DNA of 64,000 nt from the human T2T-CHM13v2.0 reference genome, Homo sapiens. Under the pieces are notes generated by a model that saw only the letters and a program-made list of their open reading frames with translations, did no database searches and was not told where the DNA came from. Both the position numbers and the translations under genes were made by a program. Below, one piece after another: positions 43,525 through 57,638 of this stretch. The DNA lies in the NCBI RefSeq assembly GCF_009914755.1, contig NC_060926.1. One strand, written 5' to 3'. The number at the start of each line of letters is the position of its first letter. Position 1 is the stretch's first letter.

Positions 43525-45123
43525 AGTATCACTGTGTTTTAAGCCTGTGGGCCTGACTCATGAGTGTCTATCAGAAATGCCCTCTCCTCTATATTCACTT
43601 AGATGTTTCATATTTCTCCTTTGCATGTCATTCATGGCTTTCAGGAAGACTTTTTTGGCAGCCCAGGGCAGGTCTGGCTTTATGCTACCAGCAGCCCAGG
43701 GCAGGTCTAGCTTTATGCTGTCAGATGGAGTGGGCTATAAGTAGAATGTGACCAGGCTGATGGTGATGCTGCTGCTTCTAGCCTGGCATCATACTGGTTT
43801 TCCTCTGCAGTTGAGAAGAGTCATGTGCAAGCTCGTGGCAGCAGCAAGTCCTCCTAATATGTCCCTGGTATCAAACTAACTCATTAGACTGTGGTAGCTG
43901 TGGTTGACTCCTGGTTTCTCCCAACTCCACCCTTTTGGCAGGCAGCAACCCTGGCCAGCAGCTGCTCATGGTCTAGGAAGGACAGCTGTCTTAACACCCA
44001 TTCATCTGTAGAGAGCAGCCTTTTGGATCAGCGGATGGCTCCACCAGATGCTCAGCTTGTTTTCAGTTCTGGAGTCTGAAATCCCCAGTGCCATCTACCT
44101 GGCATCAGTCTCAGGTGCAGCATTTTCATAAGGACCCTGATGTCAGCAGCTGCTTGTGTGGGTAACACTAGGTGAAATCATCCACTTATGTTCTCAGGTT
44201 AAGAGTTGATTAGGCCAATTGTATCCAGATCATTTTCCCTTATGAACAATGGCAGCTGCATGGCACATTTTTCAAAAATTTAGTCTAAAATACATGAAAA
44301 ATATACTGTTTTCCTTTTTCTTGGAAATGGGAAAATAGATTTGGACTCAGTTCCTGAATTATATTTTCTCTCTCCCTGGGTTTCAATAGCAAGCCTAATG
44401 TAACTGTGTGTAAAAAGAAGTATTTTAATTTGGAGGGAAGGAGTTTGCCCTCACCACAAATCAACATTCTTTTCTCTATAAAACACTTGAGCTTGCATAT
44501 GCAAATGAACCCCATGTAGGCATAATAATTAGTCATTCTTTCACAAAGAAATAATTGATGAACATTGTGGTATATGACAGACAGCATTAAGATACGTCAA
44601 GATTCTTTTGGATCTCTCAGCTTGTCAAAAAGCAGATGTCGATTTTGTGGCCTTGCTGGTAAAACATTGGACTCTTTCTCTTGGTGCACAATTTAGTCAC
44701 CTTCTATAATTTGCTTTGAAATGAACAAGATCTGGCATAATATATCTTCTATTTAATGAGCAATATTACAAACAAGATTAAAAGAAATGGCTATGAAGCT
44801 ATTGTCTTTGCAAATTGAATTTGGCAAGAGACGACTACAGACAAGTAATGAACTTTCTAGATACGTCACAGGGACAGATCATCATACTCCAGAATGGCAT
44901 AGCTTTCTTTACAAACTTTAGTAAATGTATGGGAGAGCTTGTCATTCAAATACTAACAATTACAGAGATTCTAGGATGAATTCCAATAAGCTCATGTGGT
45001 TTAATTTTAGATGCAAACAGAAAGAAATCATTATTCACATAATTTTTGTTGTTAACCTTTTGGAGTAAAGTTGACAGAGTTGGAAAATCTGTACATTTAA
45101 AAAGTGTTACTGTTTATGATTAC

Positions 45124-45489
45124 TGCGTTAGTCTGTTTGGACTGTTATAACAAAAATATCCTGGATGGGGTTGCTTTAACAACAAACATTTATTTTCCAC
45201 GGTTCTGGAGGCTGGGAGGTCCAAGATTGAGGTGCCTGCAGATTCTGTGTATGGTGAGGGCCTGCTTTCCAGTTCACAGACAGCCATATTCTCACTGTGT
45301 TCTCACAGGGTTGAAGGGCAAGGGGCCTCTCGAGAGTCTCTTTTTACAAACTGTGCTTATCCCATTTATGAGGGCCTCACCTTCATGACCTAATCACTTC
45401 CAAAAGCCCTACCTCTAAATACCATCACATTGGGGATTAGGTTTCAACACATCAATTTTGGGGGAGCCATAGAGATTCAGTCCATAGCA
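45124..45489 (-). mobile_element. MaLR solo LTR (MLT1A-like)
   Basis: ttagtctgtttggactgttataacaaaa ... attcagtccatagca; near-perfect 5-bp TSD attac/actac. Confidence 0.85.
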
Positions 45490-45499
45490 ACTACTAATG

Positions 45500-45730
45500 T
45501 TAATAATAGCAGTTACCATTTACTGAGTAGTTACATATGGTAGCCACTCTATTTAGTGCTTTCCATTTAATCCTCACTGCCATAGAAAAGAGATAAGTAA
45601 CATTGTTATTCCCATTTTCAAATTAGCAATGTGAGTGTTTTAACCATAAACTTGTCCGAGATCAAGAGTTAGAAAAGAGAAGAGTCAGAATTCCACGTGT
45701 GCCCCATGACTTGAGATTCTGCACTTTTAT
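45500..45730 (-). mobile_element. MIR
   Basis: accatttactgagtagttacatatg ... atttaatcctcac ... attgttattcccattttca. Confidence 0.7.
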
Positions 45731-46447
45731 TTGCAGGGTGAAACATCTCACAGTGGAAGAGGAGCATTCTGTGTTGAGAATTTCCATTGACGAAGCCAAC
45801 TGAGTGGCCTGATTCCCTTGGACCAGCAATCTAGAGCTAGGGAAGATGTTGCCCCAAGGAAGAGGCACAGCAGACACTTGGCTCTCCTCTTGGGTTTCTG
45901 CTTTCTCTGAGAAAACAGAAGTTTGAGGCCTCTAGAAGCACTGCATTCCCTCCAAAGGGAGGTTGTAGATACATTAATTAATATGATTTTAATTCAAAAC
46001 TTCCTGAGGCAGATAATTCTAAATGATTATCCCAAAAATATTTCCAACACCCTTCTTTTTACCACCCACTGGCCCCCAAATCCTCAATTTTCCAGTCTCC
46101 CTTGAGCTAAGTGTGGCCCTATGACTCACTTCCAGCCATGAAAACAAGTGCAAATCTGTTAGGAGTATGTTCTGGGGCAATTTTTGCTCTCCTGATGAAG
46201 ACAAAGGCTGTTGATCCACTGAACCCACCCAGGTAATCACTTATTTTGTTCTTGTTCTAAGAGAAAAATGACCCCAACTATTAAAGTTACTGTGAGTTGA
46301 TTAGTTTGTTTCTACTACCAAATATATTCCTAACTGCTACAGCTTTCAATATTTAATCATATTTAAAATTTTTCTTATGCAGATTAAATAGGTCAACAGA
46401 TAAGGTAATTAGCATAATATTATCACCATTTTAAAGGCAAGGAGGAG

Positions 46448-46725
46448 GAGGCAGGCATGGTGGCTTACATCTGTAAATTCCAGCAACTCCAGAGCCTGAG
46501 GTGAGAGGATTGTTAGAGGCCAGGAGTTCAAGACCAGCCTAGGCAACATAGAAAGACCCCCATCTTTACAAAAAATTTAAAAAGTGTGCCTGTAGTCCTA
46601 GCTACTGGGGAGACTGAGGCGGGAGGATCACTTGAGCCCGGGAGTTGGAGGCTGCAGTGAGCTATGATCACAACACTGCCCTCCAGCTGAGTTACAGGGT
46701 GACATCCCCATCTCCAAACAAAAAA
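46448..46725 (+). mobile_element. Alu (AluJ-like)
   Basis: Diverged dimer with a short deletion at the start of the right arm. Confidence 0.88.
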
Positions 46726-47418
46726 GGAGAATACAATCTAGGGTGACATAGCTACCAGTGTAAGAGCTGGAGCTGGTATTCAAGCCTTCCAGCTCCTGCC
46801 TGGGTGCGCTTTAAAACACTTAGTGAAGAGGCCTGAGCGGTAACCATCAGGGATGTGGATGTTGTGGGTTTTTTCCTCATCTTTTCCATTAGATCCACAT
46901 AGAACTCAAATATCACTGCAGATTGATTTCAAACAGGGAAGGAAAAAAATACATTCGATATCCCCTGAAAGATGAAGGGAATCATTTATGGAATAGAGAG
47001 AGTTAGATTACCAGATGTAATGAATATGCAAGAGAATTCTTCAAGCACACAGAACAGAGAAATGGAGAAAGATGAAAATAAACTTCTATTATGGTAGTGA
47101 ATTGGCTAAGGAATTAGCACAGGCAAAGGGAAAAGGAAATCACCTAAATATTTCAGTGTGCTCATTTTATTCAAACGTAAGCAAAGAGAGCTTAATGAAT
47201 GCAGCCTGAGTGGAGAGAGAGAAATGAAAAAGAGAGAAAGAAAAAATAATGAGGAGAGAGGAAGAAAGAGGATGAGAACTTGAGATAACTCTAAACTGGA
47301 GCAACCATGTGGATTCCTTAACTGGAGGAACCAGGAATCAACATACATAATATAGATTTCCACCTTTTCTTCTTCCTATCAAGAAATCTAAATGGAGTCT
47401 TTAAAAGGTTCCTGTTTT

Positions 47419-47628
47419 GGGAGGGGAACAACACACACTGGGGCCTGTCGGGGTGGTGCTGGGGAAAAGAGAGCATTAGGAAAATTAGCTAATGCATGCT
47501 GGTCTTAATACCTACTTGATGGGTTGATAGGTGCAGCAAACCACCATGGCACACGTTTACCTATGTAAGAAGCCTGCATATCCTGCACATGAACCCCAGA
47601 ACTTATAAAAATAAAAATAATTTAATAA
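47419..47628 (+). mobile_element. L1PA 3'-end fragment
   Basis: gggaggggaacaacacacactggggcctgtcgggg ... gcagcaaaccaccatggcacacg ... A-rich tail. Confidence 0.9.
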
Positions 47629-48209
47629 AAGATTGTGTTTAAAGTCCTTTCACTGGCATTTGGAGAAAGTTGAATGATGTTCTACGTTGATGGCTGCAGG
47701 CAGTCAACTTTGTGATGTAGACAGAGGCTCTCTTTGGCAAAGATGTTAACTCCACATAGCCTGATATCTAGCTAGCTTTGGCCCAAGGGCATTGAAATGT
47801 ACATTTAAAAAGCAAATGTTTGAGAGGCATAAGCCATTGCCACTCAAAGACATACCAAATCAGAACGTTCCATAGATGTCTAAGCCAAAAGATGGGTAGA
47901 GGACAAAGAGTTTGGGTGTGAAGGCAGTGACACAAGTTTGGAGCATGAGGCTCTGATTAGCAGGCCTGGCTGCAGTGCCATGGAAGAGAGGGTTAAAGGT
48001 ATTCAGATGAGATGCACTACCTGGCTCAGAGGACAGAGGGATGATCAAAGAAAAGTTTGTCCAGCCCTATCCAAAGTGGATTTGTTTTAAAATCGTGTAA
48101 TGACTCTGATCCCTGAAAGATCTTATCTACAACACAAGTTGTAGTTACCATTTTCATATCAGTGACTCACAAAAGTATATCTCTTGTCTGATCCTTTCCT
48201 TTGAGCTAT

Positions 48210-48645
48210 ATTCCTTGGTTTCTGCTGCAGAATGAATAACTTCAGAAGCTTAGTGGTTTATGACAATGCTCACAGGTCTGCAGATCAGCTAGGCAAGGCA
48301 CTGCTCAGCTGGATTAGGCCAGACCCAAGCACCTGGTTGTGTTTGGGTCAACAGTGCATCTTAATTCTAAGGCTTGGGCTAGAGGGGCAGTGGCTTGCTA
48401 AAGCATGCTCTTCTCATGAAAGATCACAAGAGGACAAGCCAAACATGAAAGCATGTTAAAAGTCTCTGTTTGCATCTTGGCCACTAACCTTCTACTGACC
48501 AAAGTAAGTTTCAGGGCCAAATTTCAAATCAATAGGTGGGGAAACATACCCCTCCCACTAGGAAAGTTACATGGCAAAGACTGTGAGTGTAAAATTCTAT
48601 TGCAAGTGAGTGAAGAATTGGAAACAAAAATCCAACATGCCACAG
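48210..48645 (-). mobile_element. Old MaLR LTR (MLT1-like) nested in L2
   Basis: Antisense MLT1-like motifs (cttagtggtttatgacaatgctcac; ttggccactaaccttctactgaccaaagtaagtttcagggcc). Confidence 0.55.
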
Positions 48646-50030
48646 AGCTCTAACCCCATTTATCTAGGTGCCTAGGAGAGATAAATGCATTTTGATATCT
48701 CTAAGTCACTTTAAATTCAACATGAGCAAAACTACACTTATGATCCATCTCCTCCTCACTCCATACATGCACACACAGCCCATCCCTCCTTCAGCTTCTT
48801 CTGTCTTGGTGGATGGCACCACCATCCATGCACCTACATGGATAAGCCAAACCCTAGAGTCACCCTTGACATCCCTCTCTCCATCACCCTTTCTAAACTA
48901 ATCAATTGCCAAGGCTTACTGATTTGTTTTCTAAATATCCCTAGAGTCCATCTTTCTCCATTTCTAATACCACTATCCTTTGCTCAGGCTGCTATTTTTG
49001 CCTGTGTTCCTGCAGTACATCCTGTCTGGTTTCTTTACATCCATTCTCACCCACTTCTATCACAGCCTTTGCACTATAGACAGTGATCATTTTAACAATG
49101 CATATATATCTTATCATTATCTTGTTTAAAGCTGTCCAGTTGCTACCCGTTATCCTCATGATAGCTATCAAAGTCTTAAACGTGGCCTATAGGACCTGCA
49201 TGATCCAGCCTCTTCCTAACTGCCATCCCATTCTATAACCCATTCTGTCCTTGCCCCCTGCACCCTGGTAACACCCGCTTACTTCAGTTCCTTCTCAGCT
49301 CTAAGCTCCTCTGATGCAGGGCCTTTGCCTGTGCTGCCCTCTGTTCTAGGTAGCTCTTAACCACATTCTTTGCCTATTTGAGTTTGATTCGTTCCTCCTA
49401 TCTAAGCTCAAGTGTCTCTTTCTTGGAGAAGCTTTTTTCACTCATAAAGACTATAACAGATCTTTGATTGTCCTCTCTTCACAACATACTTTTCCTTTTT
49501 GGCCCTCAACACAGGTTTTATTGTTATGTGATTGCCCAGGAAGGAAATCCATGAAGGAATTGGCTATAGGGGTGCTGGGCATGTGGGAAACAATTGGTGG
49601 AAGCCACTGCCATCCCTGGCACTGGAAGGGATGAAGGGGAGAGGTGGCGTCATCAGAAACCGAGAGCTGGAGAAAGCCTCATGGGTGATGGGAGGAGAAG
49701 TAGTGATGGGGAAAAACATCCCTTGGCTTTTCCCTTCCTCCTCCCCTCCAATCTCCTGCCAGAGTCTTCTGCTGACTGAACCTACCAGAAAGACAGAAGG
49801 AAAAGGAAATATAGCAGAGCAGGGGAGGAGCAGAAAACAGCTCTGAGAACAAACAAGCATAGGCTCATGACTGCAGTTTACGTATTTGTTTATGTGGTTA
49901 TTTGTACACCATCTGTCTCCCATACCAGACTGCACCAGGGCTGTGTTAATGTTACTGGCCACTGATTCCTCAGTGCTTTTTACAGGGATTAATATTGATC
50001 CTTAATATTTGTTGAATTGATGAGTCAATG
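48646..50030 (+). mobile_element. L2 3' region, interrupted around 49520-49860
   Basis: tttaaattcaacatgagcaaaact, cctagagtcacccttgacatcc, and the 3' end aatatttgttgaattgatgagtcaatga. Confidence 0.7.
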
Positions 50031-50224
50031 AGAGATCTCTAAGAATGGAAAAATAGGTATGTATTAAAGGTCTAGTGGGCACTATCTTGAGAAGGAACAT
50101 ATTTTCTCCCTCTACCTCTCCCTATCCCCTTTCTTTTCCAGAGGTTTCTAGTTAGAACTTCCCATCCACAGTTTTGTTGTTGGCGAAATGACAAAAGTAT
50201 GAAATTGTGATGCTAGTTGTCCAT

Positions 50225-50227
<3 letters not shown>

Positions 50228-50269
<42 letters not shown>
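50228..50269. repeat. (CA)21 microsatellite
   Basis: Perfect dinucleotide run. Confidence 0.97.
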
Positions 50270-50273
<4 letters not shown>

Positions 50274-50492
50274 TTCTTTCTCTTCCCTTAGTCACAAGGG
50301 CAGGGCCCTGCGGAAGGTCTTTTGTAGTTTGCAGAACCTGTTTGTGACACCGAAGAATCTGTGGGAAACCAGATGCCAGCCTCTTGTTTTCCAAGGGGAA
50401 TATTAAATAGCGGCTATCAGTCACTCCTCTGACTTTGAACAAAATTGTTTAAAAATCAAAGTGTTTATGTCCATAACCATGTCACCAAATGA

Positions 50493-50826
<334 letters not shown>

Positions 50827-51645
50827 TAATGTGTTTTCGACCCTATTTTCAGAATCTGTCATGAAAGTCTTTTAGACTGTTTTGGGGAAGCATTGATATT
50901 TGGGGCAAGCTATCATTTGGAAATTACAACTTTAAGGAGAGATTTTTATAACCATAGCCATGGATGGGGCGGCGATGGTGGCCAGAATCTCAGAAATAGT
51001 GAGACAAGTCTCCAGGCTTTATTGCCAACTGATTCTACCTGCTATGTAAAACTGTGTAAGAACCTCCCAGGATTCCCATCTTGGTGTTGGTAGGAGAGTA
51101 AGGCAGACATAGACCAGGGTCAGGGGCCCATGAACACTTCCTTGCTTTTAGTGTTCTTTCCTTGATACCCTTAGTGACTAATGTGGGAAAGGCAGTGGTG
51201 TTCCTCAAACATCCCAGTTGCTTCCTCACGTTTTTCAGCACCTGCACAGGTAGGCAGGGTTACAAGACTGGTTCTGGCTCAGGGACTGTGACTGAAGAAG
51301 ATGTGTGTCATTTCCAGGCCAACGCATAGACAAGCCACCGTGGCACCTGAACTGGACTTGTGTTGAAATGCACAGCTTGCATGGCTGAGTAACACTGGAG
51401 GGAAAGTGTTCTAGAGACTTATTTGGACCCACAGCAGAATTTGTATGAGCAGGAGACCTCTGTTATGTTAGGCTACCGAGCTTATTACTATAGCATAAGC
51501 TGGCCTATTCTGACCTATTCTGACCAATGATGTGTGGATACAGTAAAAGAAGGAAGACTTCTAAAGCTTTTGTCTGGTTGTATTGTTCTGCCTTTTCTTC
51601 TGTTGATTCTCTTTCCTTTGAGAGTGTAAGGAGTACATTGGGGTG

Positions 51646-52714
51646 TGTGATGTTATTATATATATATGATTTATATATATATATATCATATATATATGTT
51701 ATATATATATATATATATCATATATATATGTTTTCATCCTTCCTGACTCATAACTCCCATAGCCCTTGTTATAGGCTTTTCTTATAATGTTGGGGTGAAT
51801 TGAGCCTCAGAAACAGGCCTCAGAAAATAGAAGTTTGCTCTCTGATCTTCTCCTGCCTTCGTTTCACCTGCTCCTTTGTTTTCCTCCAAAGCAGGACTCT
51901 AATCTTCCCCAACCTATCCAAAAAGAAATTTTATGACTTAGCTTGTCTGATTGTAGATCATAAGACCCCCATCTCAGAAGGAGCCCTGCCCCATACCTGG
52001 GAGGAAAGAATACTGCACAGAGAGGCCAAGAAAAATCTGAACAGACAGGCCTTGCTGGGTTCCTCACTCAGCCTATTAGTATTAAGTCATACCCTTTTTA
52101 TCAGATCTCATGTCTACACTGTTGTCAATCATGCCTACCCAATGAAGTCTCCATAAAAGGCCCAAGAAGACAGGGAGCTTTCAGATAGCTGAACACATGG
52201 AGGTTCCTGGAGGATGGTGAGCCCCGGAGGGTGGTGAGCCTTGGAAGCTCCACAGCTCTCCCCATACCTTGCCCTGTGTAACTCTTCACCTGTATCCTTT
52301 CTAATATCCTTTCTGATAAACCAGTAAATGTGTTTCCTTGTGTTCTGTGAGCTGTTCTCACAAATTATTCAAATCTAAGGGGCTGGATGTCATGAGACCT
52401 CTGATTCATAGCCAGTCGATCAGAAGCACAAGAATAACAACCTGGGGTTAGCAACTGGCCTCAGAAGCTGGGCTGGGGTGGGGTAATCTTAGGGACTGAG
52501 CCCTCACTCTGTGGGATCTAACACTATTTCCAGGTAGGTAGTGTCAGAATTGAGTTGAATTAGATGGCACGCAGTGGTGTCTGCTGCAGAATTGATTGCT
52601 TGCTTTTTGGTGGGGAAAAACCCCCACATATTTGGTAGCAGAAGTCTTCTGTGATGATTGATTGTTACTGTGGTTGAGAGCAGAAGAAAAACAATTTTAG
52701 TTTTTCCACTCAAA
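51646..52714 (+). mobile_element. Solo LTR (MER21-like) containing an expanded (TA)n tract at ~51657-51729
   Basis: Starts tgtgatgtt; the 3' part gtgtctgctgcagaattgattgcttgct..ggggaaaaacccccaca resembles MER21. gggtg flanks both ends (51641-51645, 52715-52719). Confidence 0.75.
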
Positions 52715-53088
52715 GGGTGAAAAATAAGCCTAAAAATTTAGTTAATTTGGAGTTTGGTTGTGACAGTCTTTATTTCTGATATATTGAATCTAGGTCTAAT
52801 AATAAGAGGAAGAACTCTCGCTAAAAGTGGACAGGCCAAATTCTTTCAAAGCCATTGAACTTCTACTATAGGATAACGCCTATAGAACATTCCTGGGCAG
52901 AATCTCCAGGCATCATGTGAGGTGGGAGGTGGTGTTGGAAGAAGGCTTCTTACGCTTCAAATTACATCCCACCATTGCTCAAGAAGACATATTTGTTGGA
53001 CTAATAATATTTTGTCTCTGTTAACATTCAACACTTAAATGAGTACTTAGGAACATATTGAAGATGAAAAAATGAAATACCCTCTTGA

Positions 53089-53435
<347 letters not shown>

Positions 53436-53629
53436 GGTAATGCTTATAATCACAGCAAGACATTAAAACCAGTGTCAGTCATGAATAAATAGGTCAGGGT
53501 TAGATTTCTAGGCTGTACAAGACTGAATCTATTTCATTACACTGTTTTATTTCTCTTGTATCCCTTATCACAATCTGAACTTTTACAAAATTAGCCAAAC
53601 TTCCTATTATCTGCTCCCGCCATTAGAGT

Positions 53630-53767
53630 GTGGCACCGCAAGAGCTAGGAGTTGCCCGTTCATCACTGTATCTCCAAAGCATAAGAGGGTGCCTGGTACA
53701 AAGTAAATGCTTGATAATCTATTTGATAAATGAATGAATAAGTGAATAAATGAAATAAATGAATGAC
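53630..53767 (+). mobile_element. L2 3' end
   Basis: gttcatcactgtatctcc...gtgcctggtacaaagtaaatgcttgataa...(tgaa)n tail. Confidence 0.8.
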
Positions 53768-54177
53768 AGGGTGGAAAAGTGCTACTGTCTGCACATATGG
53801 ACTCACTCTCTGGGGAAGTCAAGGCTGGATGGAGATCAAGTTTGCTCACAGAGCAGGGTGAGAATTTTGGGAGTCCAGGGGCCTAACTGATGGGGAAGGT
53901 GAGAGAATTGTTCTAAAAAAAAATTTGAGAGTGGAAAAGGAAAAGCCACCGTCACAGTTTTGCCTTATAGCCAGTGCTAGAAGTTTGGCCTGGTTACATG
54001 GTTAACCCTAAAGAATTATCTAGAACCACCTCCTTAGCACTATCTGAAAGTTCACATCTTCTGACTGAGGGCACAGAAAACCTCTGGCTGTAGAGTATCA
54101 AGCAGGGAAAATTTATTTTTTTAGGGGTGACAGGAAAAGTATTCCATGACGCTCTGTGATATTTCTGGATATTTCAG

Positions 54178-54880
54178 ACACTATGTGGTTTCTTGAATGT
54201 CCTACGTACATTTTGATGGATTACCCAAGGACTATCTGATGAAGAATAATAGAGACATATAAATACATATGGGCTACATCTTGGCAAAATAAAGTAATCC
54301 TGAAGTAAATTCTAAGGATGTTCTGAATTGACACCTCTTAAGCACAACCGAATGTCCTGGTGGCTTTGCCTCCCACTGGGGCTTTTTGGCTCTTGTTTGG
54401 CCCCAGCGGCTGCTGCAGCTCTGTCTGAATTCACACAGGAGCAACATGATGGTGCTCAGCCCTCGCCGAAGTGTCTTGCTGAAGAGTTGGGAGATGCTTG
54501 GACTATTCAGATAGAAGCCAACTGGAAGTACAGGGCAGTCAACACAAACCAGAGAGGCAAACTTTTGGCCAGTGAGACATGGAAAGGGAGAAGAAATACA
54601 TTCTTCTTTCTCCCCTAGAGTGAGGACCAACCTGAGTCCCAGTCACCTGGAATCCCCTCAGACGAGCGTCCCTTGAGATCCAGCACATGGCAGCCAGCGT
54701 GCTGACGATTCCTTCCTGCCTACTGGCTCCTTCTTATTTCTGCCTCCGTGGAACTGTATTCTCTAATCAATATTAGCACATACATATTGCCCCAGACTGT
54801 ACCTCCTGGGAACCCAGGATAAAGCACTATCTAAACATTTTGTCTTGGAATTGTAATAAACTTCAAAAGAAAAATACAAC
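54178..54880 (+). ncRNA. Candidate terminal exon of an intergenic transcript (lncRNA or small-ORF mRNA)
   Basis: atttctggatatttcAG acceptor-like site ending at 54177 and AATAAA at 54855-54860. Transcription itself cannot be seen in the sequence. Confidence 0.35.
54344..54826 (+). mobile_element. Old ERVL solo LTR (LTR33-like)
   Basis: 3' end taatcaatattagcacatacatattgccccagactgtacctcctgggaacccaggataaagca resembles the recalled LTR33/LTR16 terminus; 5' accgaatgtcctggtggctttgcctc also fits. Confidence 0.6.
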
Positions 54881-55018
54881 TTGAAAGTTAAATATTTATT
54901 GTGTGCACTTCTTTTCTTCATGTTTACACCAAATCATATAAAGGTCAACTACTTTCAGGACTCTGTGAAGTTTCCATTGAAATACAGTCCAAATTTCTGC
55001 CATCAGAAGTGTTCCCAT

Positions 55019-55334
55019 GGCTGGGCACACTGGTTCACATCTTTAATCTCAGCATTCTGGGAGGTCGAGACAGGTGGATTGCTTGAGCCCAGGAGTTCAA
55101 AACCAGCCTGGGCAACATGGGGAAACCCCATCTCTACTAAAAATACAAAAAAAATTAGCCAGGCATGGTGGCGGGCTCCTGTAATCCCAGCTACTCAGGA
55201 GGCTGAGGTGGGAGGATCGCTTCAGTCCGGGAGATGGAGGTCACAGTGAGTACAGATTGCACCACTGCACTGCAGCCTGGGTGACAGAGTGAGAGCCCAT
55301 CTCAAAAAAAAAAAAAGAGAAAGAGAGAAAGAAA
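55019..55334 (+). mobile_element. Alu (AluJ-like) with TSD
   Basis: TSD agaagtgttcccat at 55005-55018 and 55335-55348. Confidence 0.94.
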
Positions 55335-56067
55335 AGAAGTGTTCCCATGGATTGTAGCAAGCAGTAAAAAACCATAGGAAGAGAGTCAGCATCTTTCATC
55401 AGCAAGCCCTTAACAATTTTGATGCTCTTTAGCCTTATATCTTTTTTCTTATGCGATTGTAATAATACTACTTTTACATAAAGGGAAATTAAAAATAGGA
55501 GGTTTAACTGATGTGTTCAAAGTCAAACATTAAAAAGGCACCAGCATGGGGTCTAAAGTCCAGGCTTTCTGATCCTCAACCAAAATGTCTTACATTATAC
55601 TTCCCTGCTTGATTCTCCAAACCTCACCCTGTTGAAAAGCACATAGGGAGGGGCACATGAGTACTTGGAGGAAAAAGCAAGCATATTGGCTGAAATGGGT
55701 AGAAAAGCTCAAATAATTTTTAACTTAATAATTTTAGTTTGAATAAACCCCAAATTTCAGATATGATGGAAAGCTGCTGCCTGGAAGATAACTTCAATGT
55801 TCCATTTGAGCTGTTTTTGTTCTCGATGCTGTGTCTCATGACACAATGTTAATAGTTTGGCTTGAAACCTGGAGGTATCACACAGCAGTCCAGGTACTTT
55901 GTGACAAAGTATTGAATGCAAAGTATTCTCATACTTTGAGAACCAAGAAGAAGAACACTAACTGAGAATAATAAGAGAAGGAAGAACTAGTAAAGAAATC
56001 TCGAGTTCTTTCAGGATAAAGAGTCAGGACTCTACAACTTTATTTTGTCATTTAAAATGTTGTCCAG

Positions 56068-56404
<337 letters not shown>

Positions 56405-57315
56405 TCACATTTTCAAGTACATTCCTTTATGGGGGTGTTTGGTTGACATTCACTGTGAAAGAGAAGGGGTGGATTAGGGATTGTTGGAGTTGGAGTGGAT
56501 GAATTGAGCTAAAGGATACCTCTTGGGGAACTGAACTGAACATCTGAACTCAGAGAACTTTTCGTGTCCTTAGAGAGGACAAGATGGAGACACAGACGAA
56601 GTTTATTGACTGCTTTCTTGATGTGAAATAAAAGGGCATCAGGGGCCATCACTGGACAAGATCGGGGATAAGGGTTCCTCCCACCAAAAAAAGCCAGGCT
56701 GCCACTAGCCCAAGTAGAGTGAGCCTTTGCACAAATTAAAAAACGGCCCAACACCTCCCATGGACCTGTGCTGCTGCTTCCCTCAGGCGATGGTTACTCT
56801 GCCGGTCGCATCTGTTCTCTGATGGGGACGGCTGCTAAAACCCCGCTAGTTTTAGGGAGAAAAGCAGCGCTCTTGGTAACCCTCCCAGCACAACTGAGAT
56901 GCACCATGATGTGACTTTTAAATAGACCTGACTATAAACTTGAGGAGAGTAGAAGTACAACACAAACTGAAACTTACAACTGCTACCAGGAGGACCAATC
57001 TCACTCAGTCTAACTGCAATGTCTTTTGAGACGGCCCTTGTCATCTAGGTCCTGACCTGCAGCTATATGATAGGGATGACTCAAAATGCCTGCCTTTCAG
57101 GAATGCACCAAGAAACTCACTTTTGGAATTTCCCGGGCTTGTTCATTCAGCTGTGCAGCAGCTCACATGGAAACCACAAATCTCATTCCCAGAGCAAGGT
57201 GCCAAAGAGCAGTCTCGCCCTTCCCATTGTCTTTGGTCCTCCAGCACAGACGTCCTCCAGAGCAGAGAACAGGTGGAGAGAATTTATTTGCATCTCTCAA
57301 TCACAACTCATAATT

Positions 57316-57316
<1 letters not shown>

Positions 57317-57354
<38 letters not shown>

Positions 57355-57638
57355 TTTTTTAGACTGAGTCTCGCTCTGTCACCCAGGCTGGAGTGCAGTG
57401 GTGTGATCTTGGCTCACTGCAATTCTGCCTCCAGGGTTCAAGCGATTATCCTGCCTCAGCCTCCCAAGTAGCTGGGACTATCGGTGCCCACCACCACGCC
57501 TGGCTAATTTTAGTATTTTTAGTGGAGAGAGGGTTTCACCATATTGGTCAGGCTGGTCTCGAACTCCTGACATTTCGATCCGCCCACCTCGGCCTCCCAA
57601 AGTGCTGGGATTATAGGCGTGAGCCACTGCGCCCAGCC
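57317..57638 (-). mobile_element. Alu (AluS-like) with (TTTA)n tail and TSD
   Basis: TSD acaactca(t/c)aattt at 57303-57316 and 57639-57652. Confidence 0.94.

Noticed and set aside
49532-49962. 104-aa and 132-aa ORFs
   Set aside because: They lie in repeat-like sequence nested in L2 and show no homology or supporting splice signals.
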